Assembly: GCA_903919125.1 (NCBI GenBank)
Contig: CAIXGS010000012.1
Coordinates: 27,706 to 91,705 of the forward strand
Direction: 5' to 3'
Source: an uncultured Spartobacteria bacterium
Lineage (GTDB): Bacteria > Verrucomicrobiota > Verrucomicrobiia > Chthoniobacterales > Chthoniobacteraceae
DNA length: 64,000 bases
Shown: piece after piece, positions 38,563 through 49,883 of the stretch
How the letters are laid out: every line of letters starts with the position of its first letter
Position numbering within the stretch: position 1 is the first letter of the stretch
Notes under the pieces: model-generated
What the model was told of the DNA's origin: nothing
The model's input: only the letters and a program-made list of their open reading frames with translations
The model's database searches: none
Position numbers and translations under genes: made by a program

Positions 38563-39407
38563 GAAAGCAACAAGGGTGCAATCAACTCCAAAGCATTTCG
38601 AAAGTCAGGCAACGCAGCGTGCGCCCCAACCGCCCTCAGTTGGTCAAACTTCCACGGATCACAAACGCCGGAGCCGTTGTGATTCTCGTCCGAACACACG
38701 GCCACGGCTGCTCCGCCAAGACGCACCGCTTCCGCAATCTCCACAGGACCATCGCCAAACGCCAATAACTGTTCGCCGGAAATTCCAGCCTCCGCCAGAA
38801 TGCGTTCAAACACCGCTCGCTTCGTAAATTGCGACGGATCCAGCGGAGACCCGTGGATGCGTTCTCCAAAAAAGTGTGCGATGCCCAAGAGCTCAGCCTC
38901 TTCGCGCACTCGATGTTCCACCGTCGAACTAAGGACGAATAGTTGTACACCCCGTGCTGCCAGAAATTCCAAAAGCGCACGCGCTCCAGCCACAACATAG
39001 GCGTCCGGTGCAACAGTTTGGGAGTGAACTTGCGCCGTGCGTTCGCGGATCTGAGCGTCCAAGCGATCCTGAAAGGTGACCCGAAGCTGCTCAGGATTCA
39101 GCTGAACGCCGCCTTGAGAAAGCGACCAATCTGCGAAAGCGCGCATTTGCTCAATGGTCGGCTTTCCATTGAGAGCCAAAATCAAAACGGTGAGTTCTGC
39201 CCGCGTTTGCGAATCCCGCACACTCAAACCGGCGGGCATATTTTCCTCGAAAACTTCTAGCATCAATTCCGGCCAGCCATGCCGCAGCCAAGACAGCGTG
39301 CCGTCGAAATCAAAAACGACGTGGGTTACTTTACCCAAACCAAGTGGTTCAATCTCCCATTTTACGGGCGTTACGAGCGACTCACTTGGCAGGGAAGCAT
39401 TCATCAA
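38559..39407 (-). CDS. HAD-superfamily hydrolase
   Basis: VVFDFDGTL motif I and later HAD motifs. Confidence 0.7.
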   Translation of the reverse strand: MMNASLPSESLVTPVKWEIEPLGLGKVTHVVFDFDGTLSWLRHGWPELMLEVFEENMPAGLSVRDSQTRAELTVLILALNGKPTIEQMRAFADWSLSQGGVQLNPEQLRVTFQDRLDAQIRERTAQVHSQTVAPDAYVVAGARALLEFLAARGVQLFVLSSTVEHRVREEAELLGIAHFFGERIHGSPLDPSQFTKRAVFERILAEAGISGEQLLAFGDGPVEIAEAVRLGGAAVAVCSDENHNGSGVCDPWKFDQLRAVGAHAALPDFRNALELIAPLLLS

Positions 39408-41701
39408 AAGAAGATGGGGATTACCAAAATAGCGACGATGTTAGCAACCTTGATCATGGGATTGATCGCGGGCCCTGACGTATCTTTGTAAGGATCGCCC
39501 ACCGTATCTCCGGTAACCGCAGCGCCATGAGCAGGAGAATGCTTCCCGCCATGGTTTCCTTCTTCAATGTACTTCTTCGCGTTATCCCACGCCCCGCCGC
39601 TGGAGGTCATGGCGAGTCCCATAAAAAGTCCGGTGACAATTGTTCCCACCAAAAATCCACCCAACACCGTTTTTCCGAGCATCGGAGTTGCCGCGATGCA
39701 AACCACAAACAATACGGGCAGTAGCGCGGGAATGATCATCTCGCGCAACGCCGCCTTGGTCACGATATCCACGCAAGTCCCGTATTCAGGCAACTCCGTA
39801 CCGAGCAATATCCCGGGCTTCGCCTTGAGCTGACGGCGCACTTCCTCCACGACAGCGCCGGCCGCACGCCCCACTGCGTCCATGCTGAACGCAGAAAAAA
39901 CAAACGGGAGTAGTCCGCCCAAGAACAGACCGATGATCACTTTAGGATCGTTGAGCGAAAAATCCAATGCACCCGCGACTAGCCGCCCTGCATGCTCGAG
40001 ATGCACGCGCAACTCCTCCACGTAGGTCCCGAACAGCACCACGGCTGCCAGCCCCGCCGAGGCGATCGCGTACCCCTTGGTCACGGCCTTCATCGTGTTG
40101 CCGACTGCGTCGAGTTCATCCGTAATCCCACGCACCTCCGCAGGAAGTCCCGCCATGACGGCAATCCCGCCAGCGTTGTCCGTGATCGGCCCAAACGCAT
40201 CCAAAGAAATAATGATACCCGCCATCGACAACATCGCCATCACGGCCACTGCGATCCCGTACAAACCCGCTAGTTCGTACGAACCCAAAATCGCCGCCCC
40301 GATGCAAAGGACCGGAAGCGCCGTAGCGTGTTGGCCCATCGCGAGTCCTGCGATGATGTTGGTCGCGTGGCCGGTTTCACAAGCTTTGGCGATTTTACGC
40401 ACCGGCGCGTGATGGGTTGAGGTGTAATAATTGGTGATCGCCACAACGAGTCCAGTCATCACCAAGCCAATCAGAGACGCCCCGTACACGCTACCGGCAC
40501 CGAGGGTTTTTCCATCTAATACTACACCCGAGCCGAACAGCGATTGAGTGATCGGCCACAGTGCCACAGCGGAAACGATCCCCGAAACCCCCACGCCAGA
40601 CATCAAAGCCGCAGCGGGTGCCAACCGAGTCATATTCACGAAGAGCACGCCCACAATCGCACCCAAAATGGAAATGCCGCCCAGCAAAAAGGGAAACAAG
40701 ATCGCGTTCGGAAAACCCTTCAGAGTGAGACCTGCGATGAGCACCGCACCAATCAGACTGACCGCATAAGTCTCAAAAACGTCGGCTGCCATTCCTGCGC
40801 AGTCGCCGACATTGTCGCCGACGTTATCCGCGATAGTGGCCGGATTGCGGGGATCATCTTCGTCGAGGTTGCTTTCAATTTTGCCCACGAGATCCGCGCC
40901 CACGTCGGCGGCCTTCGTGTAAATACCGCCTCCCAAACGGGCAAACACACTGATGAGACTCGCTCCCAGAGCCAAGCCCACGAGACTATGCAACGCCTCC
41001 GCCTGTCCTTGCCAGCGTTGCACGCCCTCGAAAAAGAGAGCCGTAGAAAGCAGCGCCAAGCCCACCACCAGCAAGCCCGTCACCGCCCCACCATTGAACG
41101 CCACATTCAACGCCGCACGCCGACTGTGAACAGCACCCTGAGCCGTCCGCACATTGGCAAGCACAGCAACGCGCATCCCGATAAAACCAGCCGCCAACGA
41201 ACACACCGCACCCAAGAGGAAACCGAGCGCAGTTGCCGCCCCCAACTTCCAAAACAGCAGCGCAAAAAGTACCGCAGCAATCAAACTGATCGAGGCCAAC
41301 TGACGGTTCAAGTACGCCTTCGCCCCCTCCTCAATGGCCGCAGCGATCTCCCTCATACGCTGATGTTCGATTCGAATTTTAAGGATTGAAAAGATCAATC
41401 CGAACGCGACCAACAGGCTTATTATGGAACAAACAATAACAATAGGGATTCCTGAGGTTTCAAGAAAAGAGGCTAGCATCATAGGGGAACTCATAAAAAA
41501 TCTGGGGTTCTGGGGGTTCTGGGGGTTCTGGGGGTTCTGGGGGGGCTGGGGGGGCTGGGGGGGCTGGGGGGGCTGGGGGGGCTGGGGGTTCTGGGGGGGG
41601 GCTGGGGGTTCTAAGAGTGAAGAAGATTCTGGGGGGGGTAAGAGGGTTTTAGGGGGAAGATTTTTTACAACAGACGCAGAAGCGTATTCTGCATAAATCA
41701 A
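39404..41701 (-). CDS. hppA: membrane-bound proton-translocating pyrophosphatase; listed start is TTG, with ATG at 41494 the more credible start
   Basis: [21 protein letters not shown] and a multi-helix layout typical of H+-PPase. Confidence 0.9.
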   Translation of the reverse strand: MIYAEYASASVVKNLPPKTLLPPPESSSLLEPPAPPQNPQPPQPPQPPQPPQPPQNPQNPQNPQNPRFFMSSPMMLASFLETSGIPIVIVCSIISLLVAFGLIFSILKIRIEHQRMREIAAAIEEGAKAYLNRQLASISLIAAVLFALLFWKLGAATALGFLLGAVCSLAAGFIGMRVAVLANVRTAQGAVHSRRAALNVAFNGGAVTGLLVVGLALLSTALFFEGVQRWQGQAEALHSLVGLALGASLISVFARLGGGIYTKAADVGADLVGKIESNLDEDDPRNPATIADNVGDNVGDCAGMAADVFETYAVSLIGAVLIAGLTLKGFPNAILFPFLLGGISILGAIVGVLFVNMTRLAPAAALMSGVGVSGIVSAVALWPITQSLFGSGVVLDGKTLGAGSVYGASLIGLVMTGLVVAITNYYTSTHHAPVRKIAKACETGHATNIIAGLAMGQHATALPVLCIGAAILGSYELAGLYGIAVAVMAMLSMAGIIISLDAFGPITDNAGGIAVMAGLPAEVRGITDELDAVGNTMKAVTKGYAIASAGLAAVVLFGTYVEELRVHLEHAGRLVAGALDFSLNDPKVIIGLFLGGLLPFVFSAFSMDAVGRAAGAVVEEVRRQLKAKPGILLGTELPEYGTCVDIVTKAALREMIIPALLPVLFVVCIAATPMLGKTVLGGFLVGTIVTGLFMGLAMTSSGGAWDNAKKYIEEGNHGGKHSPAHGAAVTGDTVGDPYKDTSGPAINPMIKVANIVAILVIPIFF
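41502..41612. repeat. G-tract 9-bp microsatellite (CTGGGGGTT / CTGGGGGGG units, G runs of 5 to 9) immediately 5' of the hppA ATG
   Basis: Seen directly; about 12 units; encodes [10 protein letters not shown] only if the upstream TTG start is used. Confidence 0.85.
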
Positions 41702-41759
41702 AACATTTACCTGATGAAGGGCTGCGAATTATCTCAATTTTTCAACTGATTCTAAGCGC

Positions 41760-42668
41760 TCAAGCCCTATGAGCGATAAGTTGGAGAATCGCTTTTTGAG
41801 CGTGTAAGCGATTTTCCGCCTGATCAAAAAGTGTTTCTGCGTGCGCTTCAAAAGTCTCCGCCGTGATCTCTTTACCACGGTAAGCGGGCAAACAATGCAT
41901 CACTAGTGCACCAGGCGCTGCACACTCCACCAACTTCTCGTTGATCTGGTATTTTGCCAGCGAAGCCATCCGCTCAGCAGCCTCCGACTCCTTGCCCATA
42001 CTCACCCAAACATCCGTGTAAAGCACATCGACTCCCCGGGCCGCCTCATTTGGATCCTCAAAAACTGATATATGTCCCGTCCGGCGCGCGCGTTCCAAAA
42101 GAGTATCGCTAGGCTGAAAACCCGCTGGAGCTGCGATACGCAACTCAAGATCCAACTTTGCCGCCGCCCAAATCCACGAGGCAGCGACGTTACAAGCTCC
42201 GTCGCCGACAAAACAAACCGAGCGCCCTTCCAAAGAGCCCATGCGTTCGCGAATCGTCTGTAGATCGGCCAATATTTGGCACGGATGCTCATCATCCGTA
42301 AGCGCGTTCACCGTTGGAATTCGGGAATACTGCGCAAATGTCTCCACATCCGACTGCAAAAACGTCCGAATCACGGCTCCATCGAGCATCCGCCCCATCA
42401 CGCGGGCGGTGTCCTCAATAGGTTCGCCCCGCCCCAATTGGATGTCAGTCGCTGACAAAAACATGACAGACCCACCCAGTTCGCGGATCCCCACCTCGAA
42501 GGACACCCGGGTGCGGGTGGAAGATTTGCTAAAAATGAGCGCCCAACACTGGCCGGCAAGCGGCAAGAACTCATGATGGCCGCGAGAGGCCTTGAGCGTT
42601 TCGGCGAGATCCAAAACGTCGTATATTTCATCCCTTGTAAGGGCTTCTATCGAAAGCAAATGTTTCAT
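41760..42668 (-). CDS. argF: ornithine carbamoyltransferase
   Basis: STRTR carbamoyl-phosphate motif, HCLP motif. Confidence 0.9.
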   Translation of the reverse strand: MKHLLSIEALTRDEIYDVLDLAETLKASRGHHEFLPLAGQCWALIFSKSSTRTRVSFEVGIRELGGSVMFLSATDIQLGRGEPIEDTARVMGRMLDGAVIRTFLQSDVETFAQYSRIPTVNALTDDEHPCQILADLQTIRERMGSLEGRSVCFVGDGACNVAASWIWAAAKLDLELRIAAPAGFQPSDTLLERARRTGHISVFEDPNEAARGVDVLYTDVWVSMGKESEAAERMASLAKYQINEKLVECAAPGALVMHCLPAYRGKEITAETFEAHAETLFDQAENRLHAQKAILQLIAHRA

Positions 42669-42694
42669 GAGAAGAAAAGTTTCAGGCCACCCAA

Positions 42695-44014
42695 CTAGAC
42701 TTGGGGTAAGGCAGAAAGCACCCCGCCCAAAATTTGGATCGCTTCGTCAATATCTGCCTCAGAAACATTCAGGGGAGGCAACCACCGCAAAGTATGCGTT
42801 CCAGAGGGGATCGTGAGTAAACCAGCCTCATGAAGACGTTCCACGAGAAAGATCGAGGGCGCTTTGCCCGCAGGCAACATACAGCGCGAGGCAAAATCAG
42901 CCACCATCTCGATGCCGATCATCAGCCCAACGCTACGGATTTCGCGAATCCAGACAGAATGCAACGCTTGCAAGCCAGCTACCGCGTGACGGCCCTGTTG
43001 GCGCACGTTCTCCAAAAGATGCTCCCTTTCAATAATACTAAGCACTTCCAATGCGCCCACACACATTAACGGCGTCCCGCCAAATGTGGTCCCATGCGAG
43101 CCCTGCCCCAGCAAATCACACAGAGGCTTCACCTCGCCGCTTCGCATTTGAACCAAGCGGGCACTCACCCAAACCGCTCCGACAGGGAAACCGCCCGCGA
43201 TCCCCTTGGCCCAGGACACGGCGTCGGGCTTGATATCTGGAGCCAGCGAGTCCCAGCCGTTCCAATCACCCGTGCGCCCTAGGCCGCATTGCACCTCGTC
43301 GAACATCAAGAGACAGGAACGTTGATCGCAAATTGCTCGGGCCCCGCGCAAATAAGCCGCATCGGCAGCGTGAATTCCACCTTCTCCCTGAATGGGCTCC
43401 AAAAGTACCGCCGCGGTATCAGGATCCTCCATGGCATCAGAAAGTGCCGCGACATCATTAAAAGCAATATGACGATAGCCTTCGACCATTGGCTCAAACC
43501 CCTTTTTCACCTTGTCCTGGCCTGTGGCGGCAATTCCACCCAGAGTTCTACCGTGAAAAGAGCCTAGCATCGTGACGATCCCACGGCGCAAGGGAGCGTC
43601 CGGATTGCTAGTGCCGGCGTTGGGATGGGCAAAACCGTTGGTTTCATTGCCAAACTTGCGAGCCAATTTATACAAGGCTTCATTGGCCTCCGCGCCTGAA
43701 TTACAGAAGAAAATCTTCCCCGGAGCACCGACGATTTCCACAAGGCGCTTGGCCAGTTCACCTTGAGGACGAGTGTAATACAGGTTGGACGTATGCACCA
43801 AAGTGGCCATTTGCTCTGTCATACGGGCCGTAACCTTGGGATGACAGTGCCCGACAGACGTCACCGCAATGCCCGCCCCAAAATCTAGGTATTCCCGCCC
43901 AGCCTCATCCCAAATACGAGAACCGGCTCCACGGGCCAACTGCAGCGGGAAACGCCCATAAGTGGGCATTACGTACTGATCGAAGAGTTCAACTGTGGTT
44001 GAGGTTGGGCTCAT
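42695..44014 (-). CDS. argD: acetylornithine aminotransferase
   Basis: Class III aminotransferase features with a PLP lysine region. Confidence 0.85.
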   Translation of the reverse strand: MSPTSTTVELFDQYVMPTYGRFPLQLARGAGSRIWDEAGREYLDFGAGIAVTSVGHCHPKVTARMTEQMATLVHTSNLYYTRPQGELAKRLVEIVGAPGKIFFCNSGAEANEALYKLARKFGNETNGFAHPNAGTSNPDAPLRRGIVTMLGSFHGRTLGGIAATGQDKVKKGFEPMVEGYRHIAFNDVAALSDAMEDPDTAAVLLEPIQGEGGIHAADAAYLRGARAICDQRSCLLMFDEVQCGLGRTGDWNGWDSLAPDIKPDAVSWAKGIAGGFPVGAVWVSARLVQMRSGEVKPLCDLLGQGSHGTTFGGTPLMCVGALEVLSIIEREHLLENVRQQGRHAVAGLQALHSVWIREIRSVGLMIGIEMVADFASRCMLPAGKAPSIFLVERLHEAGLLTIPSGTHTLRWLPPLNVSEADIDEAIQILGGVLSALPQV

Positions 44015-44162
44015 TGGAAAACCGGCGAGTGTACGCCTTCAAAAACGCTTGAAAAGCAAAAGACACGTCATTTGTAAGGAAGAACGCCTAAGCGATGGCT
44101 CCCTGCCCTGGCCTGGAGGCGCAAAAGGGGGCTGACAAGTGCTGAAGTTCGATTAGAATGCT

Positions 44163-45044
44163 GTGATGAAGCCGCGCCGCTATTCACGGCTCAATTTATC
44201 TAGCTGGGGAATACAATTCCTCTGGGGTGTTGCGTTTTTAGCAGCGCGACCCGCTTTAGCTGCTCCGCCTGTCGCGCCCCCTCAGGTTGTCGTGGAGTCG
44301 TCCGCCGCCACAAAGCCCGCGACAACCGATGCGCCAGCACCCGCTTCGCAAGCTCCCTCCGGCCGCTTCGTGGAAGAGCTCCTCTCTGGGCTGGCACGGC
44401 AATCCAAACCCGATTGGGCTGGAAAGTTCCGCCCCCTGCATACGACGCCGCTTGTCGGCCGTGTACAAACCGCTTTGGTTCTCGGAATTTTCCTAGCAGA
44501 CAGCTATCTGAGCGTGCAGGCGGAGGATTCGCAACAATGCCGCAATGCGGGTAAAGAGATGCTGAAGCTTGCGAAAACCCTTGGCGTACAGAACGAAATG
44601 CTGGATCGCGGGAGAAGTCTCGGAGAAGCGGCTCAACGCCGTGACTGGCCAGCGGTAAGACTCGAATTGGAAGCGATTTTCGCCGAACTGAGCGCGGTTC
44701 TGCGAGCCCACCAAGATGAGGGAATCGTCCGCTTGATCTCCTTGGGTTCGTGGTTGCGTGGCTTGGAAGTTGTGGCAGGCACAGTGAGTGAAAACTATTC
44801 AGAATCCACTGCTTTACTGTTGCGACAACCCGCGTTGGCACTAGAAATGGAGGCCAGTTTTGAGCGCCTGAGCGTGGCTCTAACTGGGACTACACTTCTA
44901 GCGCAACTCCACCCTCAACTTCTCGAAATCCAATTGCTGCTCGCTGGCCCTCAAGGAGAAGCTCCCACCCAACCGGAAGTAAAGTCGCTTGCCGCCCTCC
45001 TTACCAAAGCGCTCAACGGCATCACCGCAGCGCCCCAGCCGTAA
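44163..45044 (+). CDS. secreted hypothetical protein
   Basis: Signal peptide; ORF. Confidence 0.45.
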   Translation: MMKPRRYSRLNLSSWGIQFLWGVAFLAARPALAAPPVAPPQVVVESSAATKPATTDAPAPASQAPSGRFVEELLSGLARQSKPDWAGKFRPLHTTPLVGRVQTALVLGIFLADSYLSVQAEDSQQCRNAGKEMLKLAKTLGVQNEMLDRGRSLGEAAQRRDWPAVRLELEAIFAELSAVLRAHQDEGIVRLISLGSWLRGLEVVAGTVSENYSESTALLLRQPALALEMEASFERLSVALTGTTLLAQLHPQLLEIQLLLAGPQGEAPTQPEVKSLAALLTKALNGITAAPQP

Positions 45045-45079
45045 CAACTCCTCTTTAGCAACCCTAACCTGCCTAACTC

Positions 45080-45550
45080 ATGCCCTTCGAAAACTCATCC
45101 ATAGCTGAAAAAACGGGAACTCCGCGAGTCACACAGTTCTCAGTCTTTTTGCCCAACAAAGTGGGAGCCTTGATGGAAGTCGTGCGCCTGCTCAACAACC
45201 ACAATGTTCATGTTGTTGCGATTAGTGTTCAAGCGTCAGCGGACACTGCAATTGTGCGCATTGTGGTAAGCGATCCGGAATCTGTTCAGGATATTTTTGC
45301 GGAGCACGAAATACCCCACTCGGTGTGCGAATTATTGGTGGTGGAATTGCCTGAGGGCCCCACCGAACTGGGACGTCTTTTAGCGTCTCTGCTCGCCGCA
45401 GATGTCAACATTTTCGGTTCCTACGCGCTGCTGACCCGTCCGAGGGGACGCACCGCGCTGGCCCTCCATGTCGAGGACAACGAGTGCGCCATGTCCGTCA
45501 TTCAACAACACGGCTTCGAGATCCTCAGCCAGTCGGATATTTCCCGCTGA
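45080..45550 (+). CDS. ACT-domain protein
   Basis: Two ACT-like segments (FSVFLPNKVGALMEVVRLLNNHNVHVVAISV). Confidence 0.6.
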   Translation: MPFENSSIAEKTGTPRVTQFSVFLPNKVGALMEVVRLLNNHNVHVVAISVQASADTAIVRIVVSDPESVQDIFAEHEIPHSVCELLVVELPEGPTELGRLLASLLAADVNIFGSYALLTRPRGRTALALHVEDNECAMSVIQQHGFEILSQSDISR

Positions 45551-45591
45551 TTTTTCCTTCCCCGCACCGTTAAGCCCATCCCGCACGGAGG

Positions 45592-46398
45592 TTGCCTCGC
45601 CTAAAAGTCGGCGCTTCCAGGTTACTTTCCAGCCCTGTGTCGCCTCGCACCACACTCTGCTTCATTTTCACGTGCCTGATCCTCGGTTCAACGCAAGGGC
45701 CAGCGCAGTTGCGCCAAGACGAGCGCAACCGTTCGGAAAAAAAAGAAGAATCCCAGCCCAAAAGACCTGAGTCGAAGACCAAACCTGCTAACATTCAAAA
45801 AGAGTCTCAGCCCCTTCTACTGATTGAAAAGTCGGGGCTTAATCTTAGAGACGACCTCCAACCAGCCCCTTCATTCGGCTGGTTTGCCCGTTGGAAATTT
45901 ATCACCCGTTCGGTGCGGCAATCCATCGATAATGCGCCGGTTCGCAAAGCGCGCTGGCGCTACTTAGTGGTTCACAACAGCGGCACCAAACAGGGTAATG
46001 CGAAGGCCTTCGACTTTTACCACACCAACGTGCGGCGAATGTCCAACGGCTTAGCTTATCATTTCGTCATCGGCAACGGAACCACCTCGGGGGACGGCGA
46101 AATAGAAATCGGGGCCCGCTGGAACAAACAAATCAACGGCGGCCATGTCCACAGCGATTATCTGAATAACATTGCTCTTGGAATCTGTCTGGTCGGCGAT
46201 TTCAACCAGCAAAAGCCCACGGAAAAGCAACTCGCCGCACTCGATGAACTCATCCGCTACCTACGCTTGCGGGTGGGCAAAATTGACGGAAACTCCGCTG
46301 TGGTGAAGGCTCACAAGGAGATTAACCCGCCGCGCTGGCCCACGGATTGCCCTGGGGACGGCTTCCCTTACGGCTGGCTCCACAACAAGTTTGACTAA
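45592..46398 (+). CDS. N-acetylmuramoyl-L-alanine amidase (amidase_2 / PGRP, AmpD-like)
   Basis: Amidase_2 core RWRYLVVHNSGT...AYHFVIGNG...LGICLVGDF. Confidence 0.75.
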   Translation: MPRLKVGASRLLSSPVSPRTTLCFIFTCLILGSTQGPAQLRQDERNRSEKKEESQPKRPESKTKPANIQKESQPLLLIEKSGLNLRDDLQPAPSFGWFARWKFITRSVRQSIDNAPVRKARWRYLVVHNSGTKQGNAKAFDFYHTNVRRMSNGLAYHFVIGNGTTSGDGEIEIGARWNKQINGGHVHSDYLNNIALGICLVGDFNQQKPTEKQLAALDELIRYLRLRVGKIDGNSAVVKAHKEINPPRWPTDCPGDGFPYGWLHNKFD

Positions 46399-46540
46399 GG
46401 GTAGCCGGGAAAAACCGCGCCCTTTAGAAAAAATCAGGAGAGGAGAAGCTGCTCGCCTTCACTTCGAGCGCAAACTTCCCTCGAACCGGAAAATTCTCCG
46501 AATCAAGGAGAAGGCTTGTGGAAGCTTCTAGGCCAGACGC

Positions 46541-46780
46541 CTATAGCTTGGCGTGCCCACCGTCACAAAGCGCTCCTTTAGCACTGTGTTTGCAACCACA
46601 GAAATACACAGTCCCATCCTTTTCCGCCGTGTAAGGAGTCGGGGCGAACTCGCTGCCTTTATGGGCACCGTCGCAAAACGGTTGGTTGGCGCTTTTTCCG
46701 CAGGAGCACCAGTAGTAGGTTTTACCAGCTTGGACTTCGACAGGAAACGGGGCTTTTTGGGCGATGTGCGGGCTGCTCAT
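46541..46780 (-). CDS. CDGSH iron-sulfur domain protein
   Basis: Two C..C...CDG.H/CDGGH motifs. Confidence 0.7.
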   Translation of the reverse strand: MSSPHIAQKAPFPVEVQAGKTYYWCSCGKSANQPFCDGAHKGSEFAPTPYTAEKDGTVYFCGCKHSAKGALCDGGHAKL

Positions 46781-46830
46781 TTCCTAAGATTAGTTCCGAG
46801 CCTTGAGGCAAAAAAGGAGATTCTCGTGTT

Positions 46831-48510
46831 TTGTCATTCAACCAAACCACGCCGCCAGTCAGAGTTGCCTTCATCGCCATGAAACTGCGCAATTTACTCC
46901 CCATCGTTCTCCTGGGCTACAGTCTGACCCCAATGGCACAGGCCGAAGCGCAGCCGCGCCCTAAACTCGTGCTGGCCATTCTCGTGGATCAGTTGCGCTA
47001 CGATTACCTTGAACGTTTCGAAAGCCAGTTCTCCCAACGCGGCTTCCGGTTATTGATGCAGGAGGGAGCATTCCTGACTTACGCCCATTACGAGTACGCG
47101 CCGACCGTTACCGGCCCCGGGCACGCGAGCTTCCTAAGCGGCGCGACGCCCAGCAGCCATGGCATCATCGCCAACGAATGGTTTGATAAGCGTTCACTCA
47201 AAGCACTCAACTGCGTCGGCGACGCCGAGGTGGAAACGGTTGGTGCGCCCGGTACTGCTGGCAAACGTTCGCCCCGCAACTTTATTGGCTCAACCTTGGC
47301 GGACGAGTTGCGCTTACGTTACCAGTCCAAGGTGGTGGGCATTTCCCTCAAAGATCGTGGTGCCATCCTTCCGGCCGGACGCAAGCCGCAGGGCGCCTAC
47401 TGGTTTGATTCGGCAAGCGGCAACTTCATCACCAGCAGCTACTACCGCAAGGAACTACCGGAATGGGTACAAGCCTTCAACGCCCAAAAACGTCCGGCAG
47501 CAATCATCGGACAAACTTGGAAACGGCTTTTGGAACCCAGCTCCTATCTCTGGCCGGACGATACAACCGGCGAAGGGAAGCTACCCGGCGAGACGAAGGG
47601 AACCTTTGATCACACGGTTCAACTCTCAAAGAAAGAAGGCTTTGAGACCATAGTACCCACGCCCTTCGGCAACCAGTTGCTGGCAGATTTCGCTTTGGCA
47701 GCGGTGGACGGCGAGCATTTAGGCGAGGGGCCGAACCCCGATCTTTTGTGTGTCTCCTTCTCTTCGAGCGATTTGGTGGGGCACATTTTCGGCCCCTACT
47801 CTCAGGAAGTGCAGGATATTATCCTACGTTTGGACCGCCAACTGGAGGTGTTGTTCCAGCAACTGGACCAGAAAATCGGCTTGGCCAACCTCACCATCGT
47901 GCTCACAGCCGATCACGGCGTCGCCCCGACTGCGGAGTTCGCCGCTGAACAGGGCTTGGATGGCAAACGAGTGGACCCATTGCCGCTGATGGGCGATTTG
48001 CTGGCGCAATTGGAAGCGCGTTTCGGCCCGGGCAAATACCTGCTTTCTCCTCGCCTTACCGACGGCAATCTCTACTTCAATCACAACACCCTGCGTGAAA
48101 AACAAATTTCCGCCGAGGATCTCGCCGTCTTCATTCGCGAGTGGGCGCTGGATACCGGTTCCTTCCAAGCCGCATACTCTCGCAGTCAGTTACTGGACGG
48201 TCGCGCCCCCGGTCCTTTGGGGCAACGCGTCCTGAACGGCTACAACGCCGAACGCAGCGGCGACATGGTACTCGTCTCCAAAGCGTTTACGTTGCCGGGC
48301 GGTTTCCAAAGCGGCACCACCCACGGCACCCCCTACTCGTACGACACCCACGTTCCCGTGCTTCTTTTTGGCAAGGCTTTCAAGCCCGGTCGCTGCGCTG
48401 CTTCGTTTCCGATGAGTGATCTCGCCCCCACACTTTCCACAACATTAGGTATGACGGAACCTTCTGGGTGCGTTGGAAAACCGTTCACGCAAGTGCTCAA
48501 AACGCAGTAA
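46831..48510 (+). CDS. alkaline-phosphatase-superfamily nucleotide pyrophosphatase/phosphodiesterase-like enzyme (secreted); likely start at 46879
   Basis: Signal peptide; TVTGPGHASFLSGATPSSHGIIANEW and DHG metal-site motifs. Confidence 0.75.
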   Translation: MSFNQTTPPVRVAFIAMKLRNLLPIVLLGYSLTPMAQAEAQPRPKLVLAILVDQLRYDYLERFESQFSQRGFRLLMQEGAFLTYAHYEYAPTVTGPGHASFLSGATPSSHGIIANEWFDKRSLKALNCVGDAEVETVGAPGTAGKRSPRNFIGSTLADELRLRYQSKVVGISLKDRGAILPAGRKPQGAYWFDSASGNFITSSYYRKELPEWVQAFNAQKRPAAIIGQTWKRLLEPSSYLWPDDTTGEGKLPGETKGTFDHTVQLSKKEGFETIVPTPFGNQLLADFALAAVDGEHLGEGPNPDLLCVSFSSSDLVGHIFGPYSQEVQDIILRLDRQLEVLFQQLDQKIGLANLTIVLTADHGVAPTAEFAAEQGLDGKRVDPLPLMGDLLAQLEARFGPGKYLLSPRLTDGNLYFNHNTLREKQISAEDLAVFIREWALDTGSFQAAYSRSQLLDGRAPGPLGQRVLNGYNAERSGDMVLVSKAFTLPGGFQSGTTHGTPYSYDTHVPVLLFGKAFKPGRCAASFPMSDLAPTLSTTLGMTEPSGCVGKPFTQVLKTQ

Positions 48511-48656
48511 GTCCTACCGACCTTTTATTCCACCTGTTCCAAGGTCACGCTCCGCTTCATTCCAAAAAGTGCGCCCGCACAACTCCGTCACCCACGAAAG
48601 CTCCGCTGCCGATCAAAAAGACGCACAGCGAGGCATCCCCAGCACACTGGGCGTGC

Positions 48657-49883
48657 TCAGTCTTTAATGATCCGCAACACCCGATTGTTGTAGCTGTCCG
48701 TAATGTACAATTCGCCAGTTTGCGGGTGGATCACTACCCCGTGCGGGCGCGCCAATTCACATTCCAAAGGACTGCCACCGACACCGGACGCGCCCTTTTT
48801 CCCTGTGCCCGCCACGCGTTCCAAACGGCCGGTTTCCGGCACATAACGCCGAATTAGATTATTCTCGGCGTCGGCAATAATCACAGAATTATCCCGATCC
48901 ACGCACAGATGCTTGGGACCGTTGAGCTGGGCGTCCAAACCCGGCCCTCCATCCCCGCCCGCCCCTGTCTTGCCCGAGGCATTCACGACCGTTCGAATAC
49001 GCCCGTCCTTGTCCACTACTCGCAAAGCGTTGCCACCGCGTTCCAACACATACACATTCCCCAAATGATCAGGCGCCACCGCACGGGGATCGGCCAGTGG
49101 AGACTCCACAGCAAGCGCACCGTTCTCTGGGATGCCTTTTTTGCCGTTGCCTGCTATCAACTGGAGCGAACCTCCTGCCAAATCGAGCGCCCAAACCTGC
49201 TTTAAATCAGCAATGTACACCTTACGCCCTGCATCATCAGCTGTGATGCAATAAGGACCGCCGCCCTTAGCCCGTTCGGGTGCGATTTCAAAACCTGGCA
49301 CGCTTCGCACCTCGCCCGCCGTCGGTAAATACTCGCGAATCCTTCCATTCCAAGTGTCGGCGACCAAAATGCGCGCCCCTGCGGGAATTGTTAAATTGTG
49401 TGGGCCGTTAAACTGAGCACTTAGACTGGGACCATTATCACCGCTGAAGCCGGGCTCCAACTTGCCGGCTGCATGGGTCAATTTGCCCGAGGGATCCACT
49501 TTCAAAAGCCTATTGCCTGAAACCATTTCCACAATCCAAGCGTTCCCTAAGGCATCAAACTCCGTCCCGAAAGGTTCATGCAACGCGGCGTCTACAGCCG
49601 CAACAGGGAGTTCGGACTGAGCGCCCCCAGCGAAGAGGACCACTTTGTCGGCCTTAACGGGCGCTACAAAGGCAAAGAGCGCTGCCCCTGAGAGTAAAAG
49701 TGACGAAATGTTCCGAAAGGAATCAGCACGAAGCAATGAAGAGAAACTGGGTTGGTTCATGTGTCTATTTTTTGCGTAAAACGCGGATCCTATGCGCCTC
49801 GCTGTCACCGATGAAGATGGATCCATCTGCATCTGCGAAAATACCGTGAAGGCGAGAGAACTTACACTGTAGCGGGTCGCCAT
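48657..49883 (-). CDS. NHL-repeat beta-propeller protein (secreted); true start probably near 49760
   Basis: Repeated motifs of the NHL type (D..GN.YV.D..NNR). Confidence 0.65.
   Translation of the reverse strand: MATRYSVSSLAFTVFSQMQMDPSSSVTARRIGSAFYAKNRHMNQPSFSSLLRADSFRNISSLLLSGAALFAFVAPVKADKVVLFAGGAQSELPVAAVDAALHEPFGTEFDALGNAWIVEMVSGNRLLKVDPSGKLTHAAGKLEPGFSGDNGPSLSAQFNGPHNLTIPAGARILVADTWNGRIREYLPTAGEVRSVPGFEIAPERAKGGGPYCITADDAGRKVYIADLKQVWALDLAGGSLQLIAGNGKKGIPENGALAVESPLADPRAVAPDHLGNVYVLERGGNALRVVDKDGRIRTVVNASGKTGAGGDGGPGLDAQLNGPKHLCVDRDNSVIIADAENNLIRRYVPETGRLERVAGTGKKGASGVGGSPLECELARPHGVVIHPQTGELYITDSYNNRVLRIIKD

Noticed and set aside
41424-41696. Plus-strand ORF encoding [15 protein letters not shown]
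   Set aside because: Artefact of translating the G-tract microsatellite on the strand opposite hppA.
44200-44841. 213-aa minus-strand ORF opposite the 44163..45044 plus ORF
   Set aside because: The plus-strand ORF has an ATG start and a plausible signal peptide, while the minus ORF is Arg/Pro-rich. The call is uncertain, so confidence in the plus-strand gene is kept moderate.
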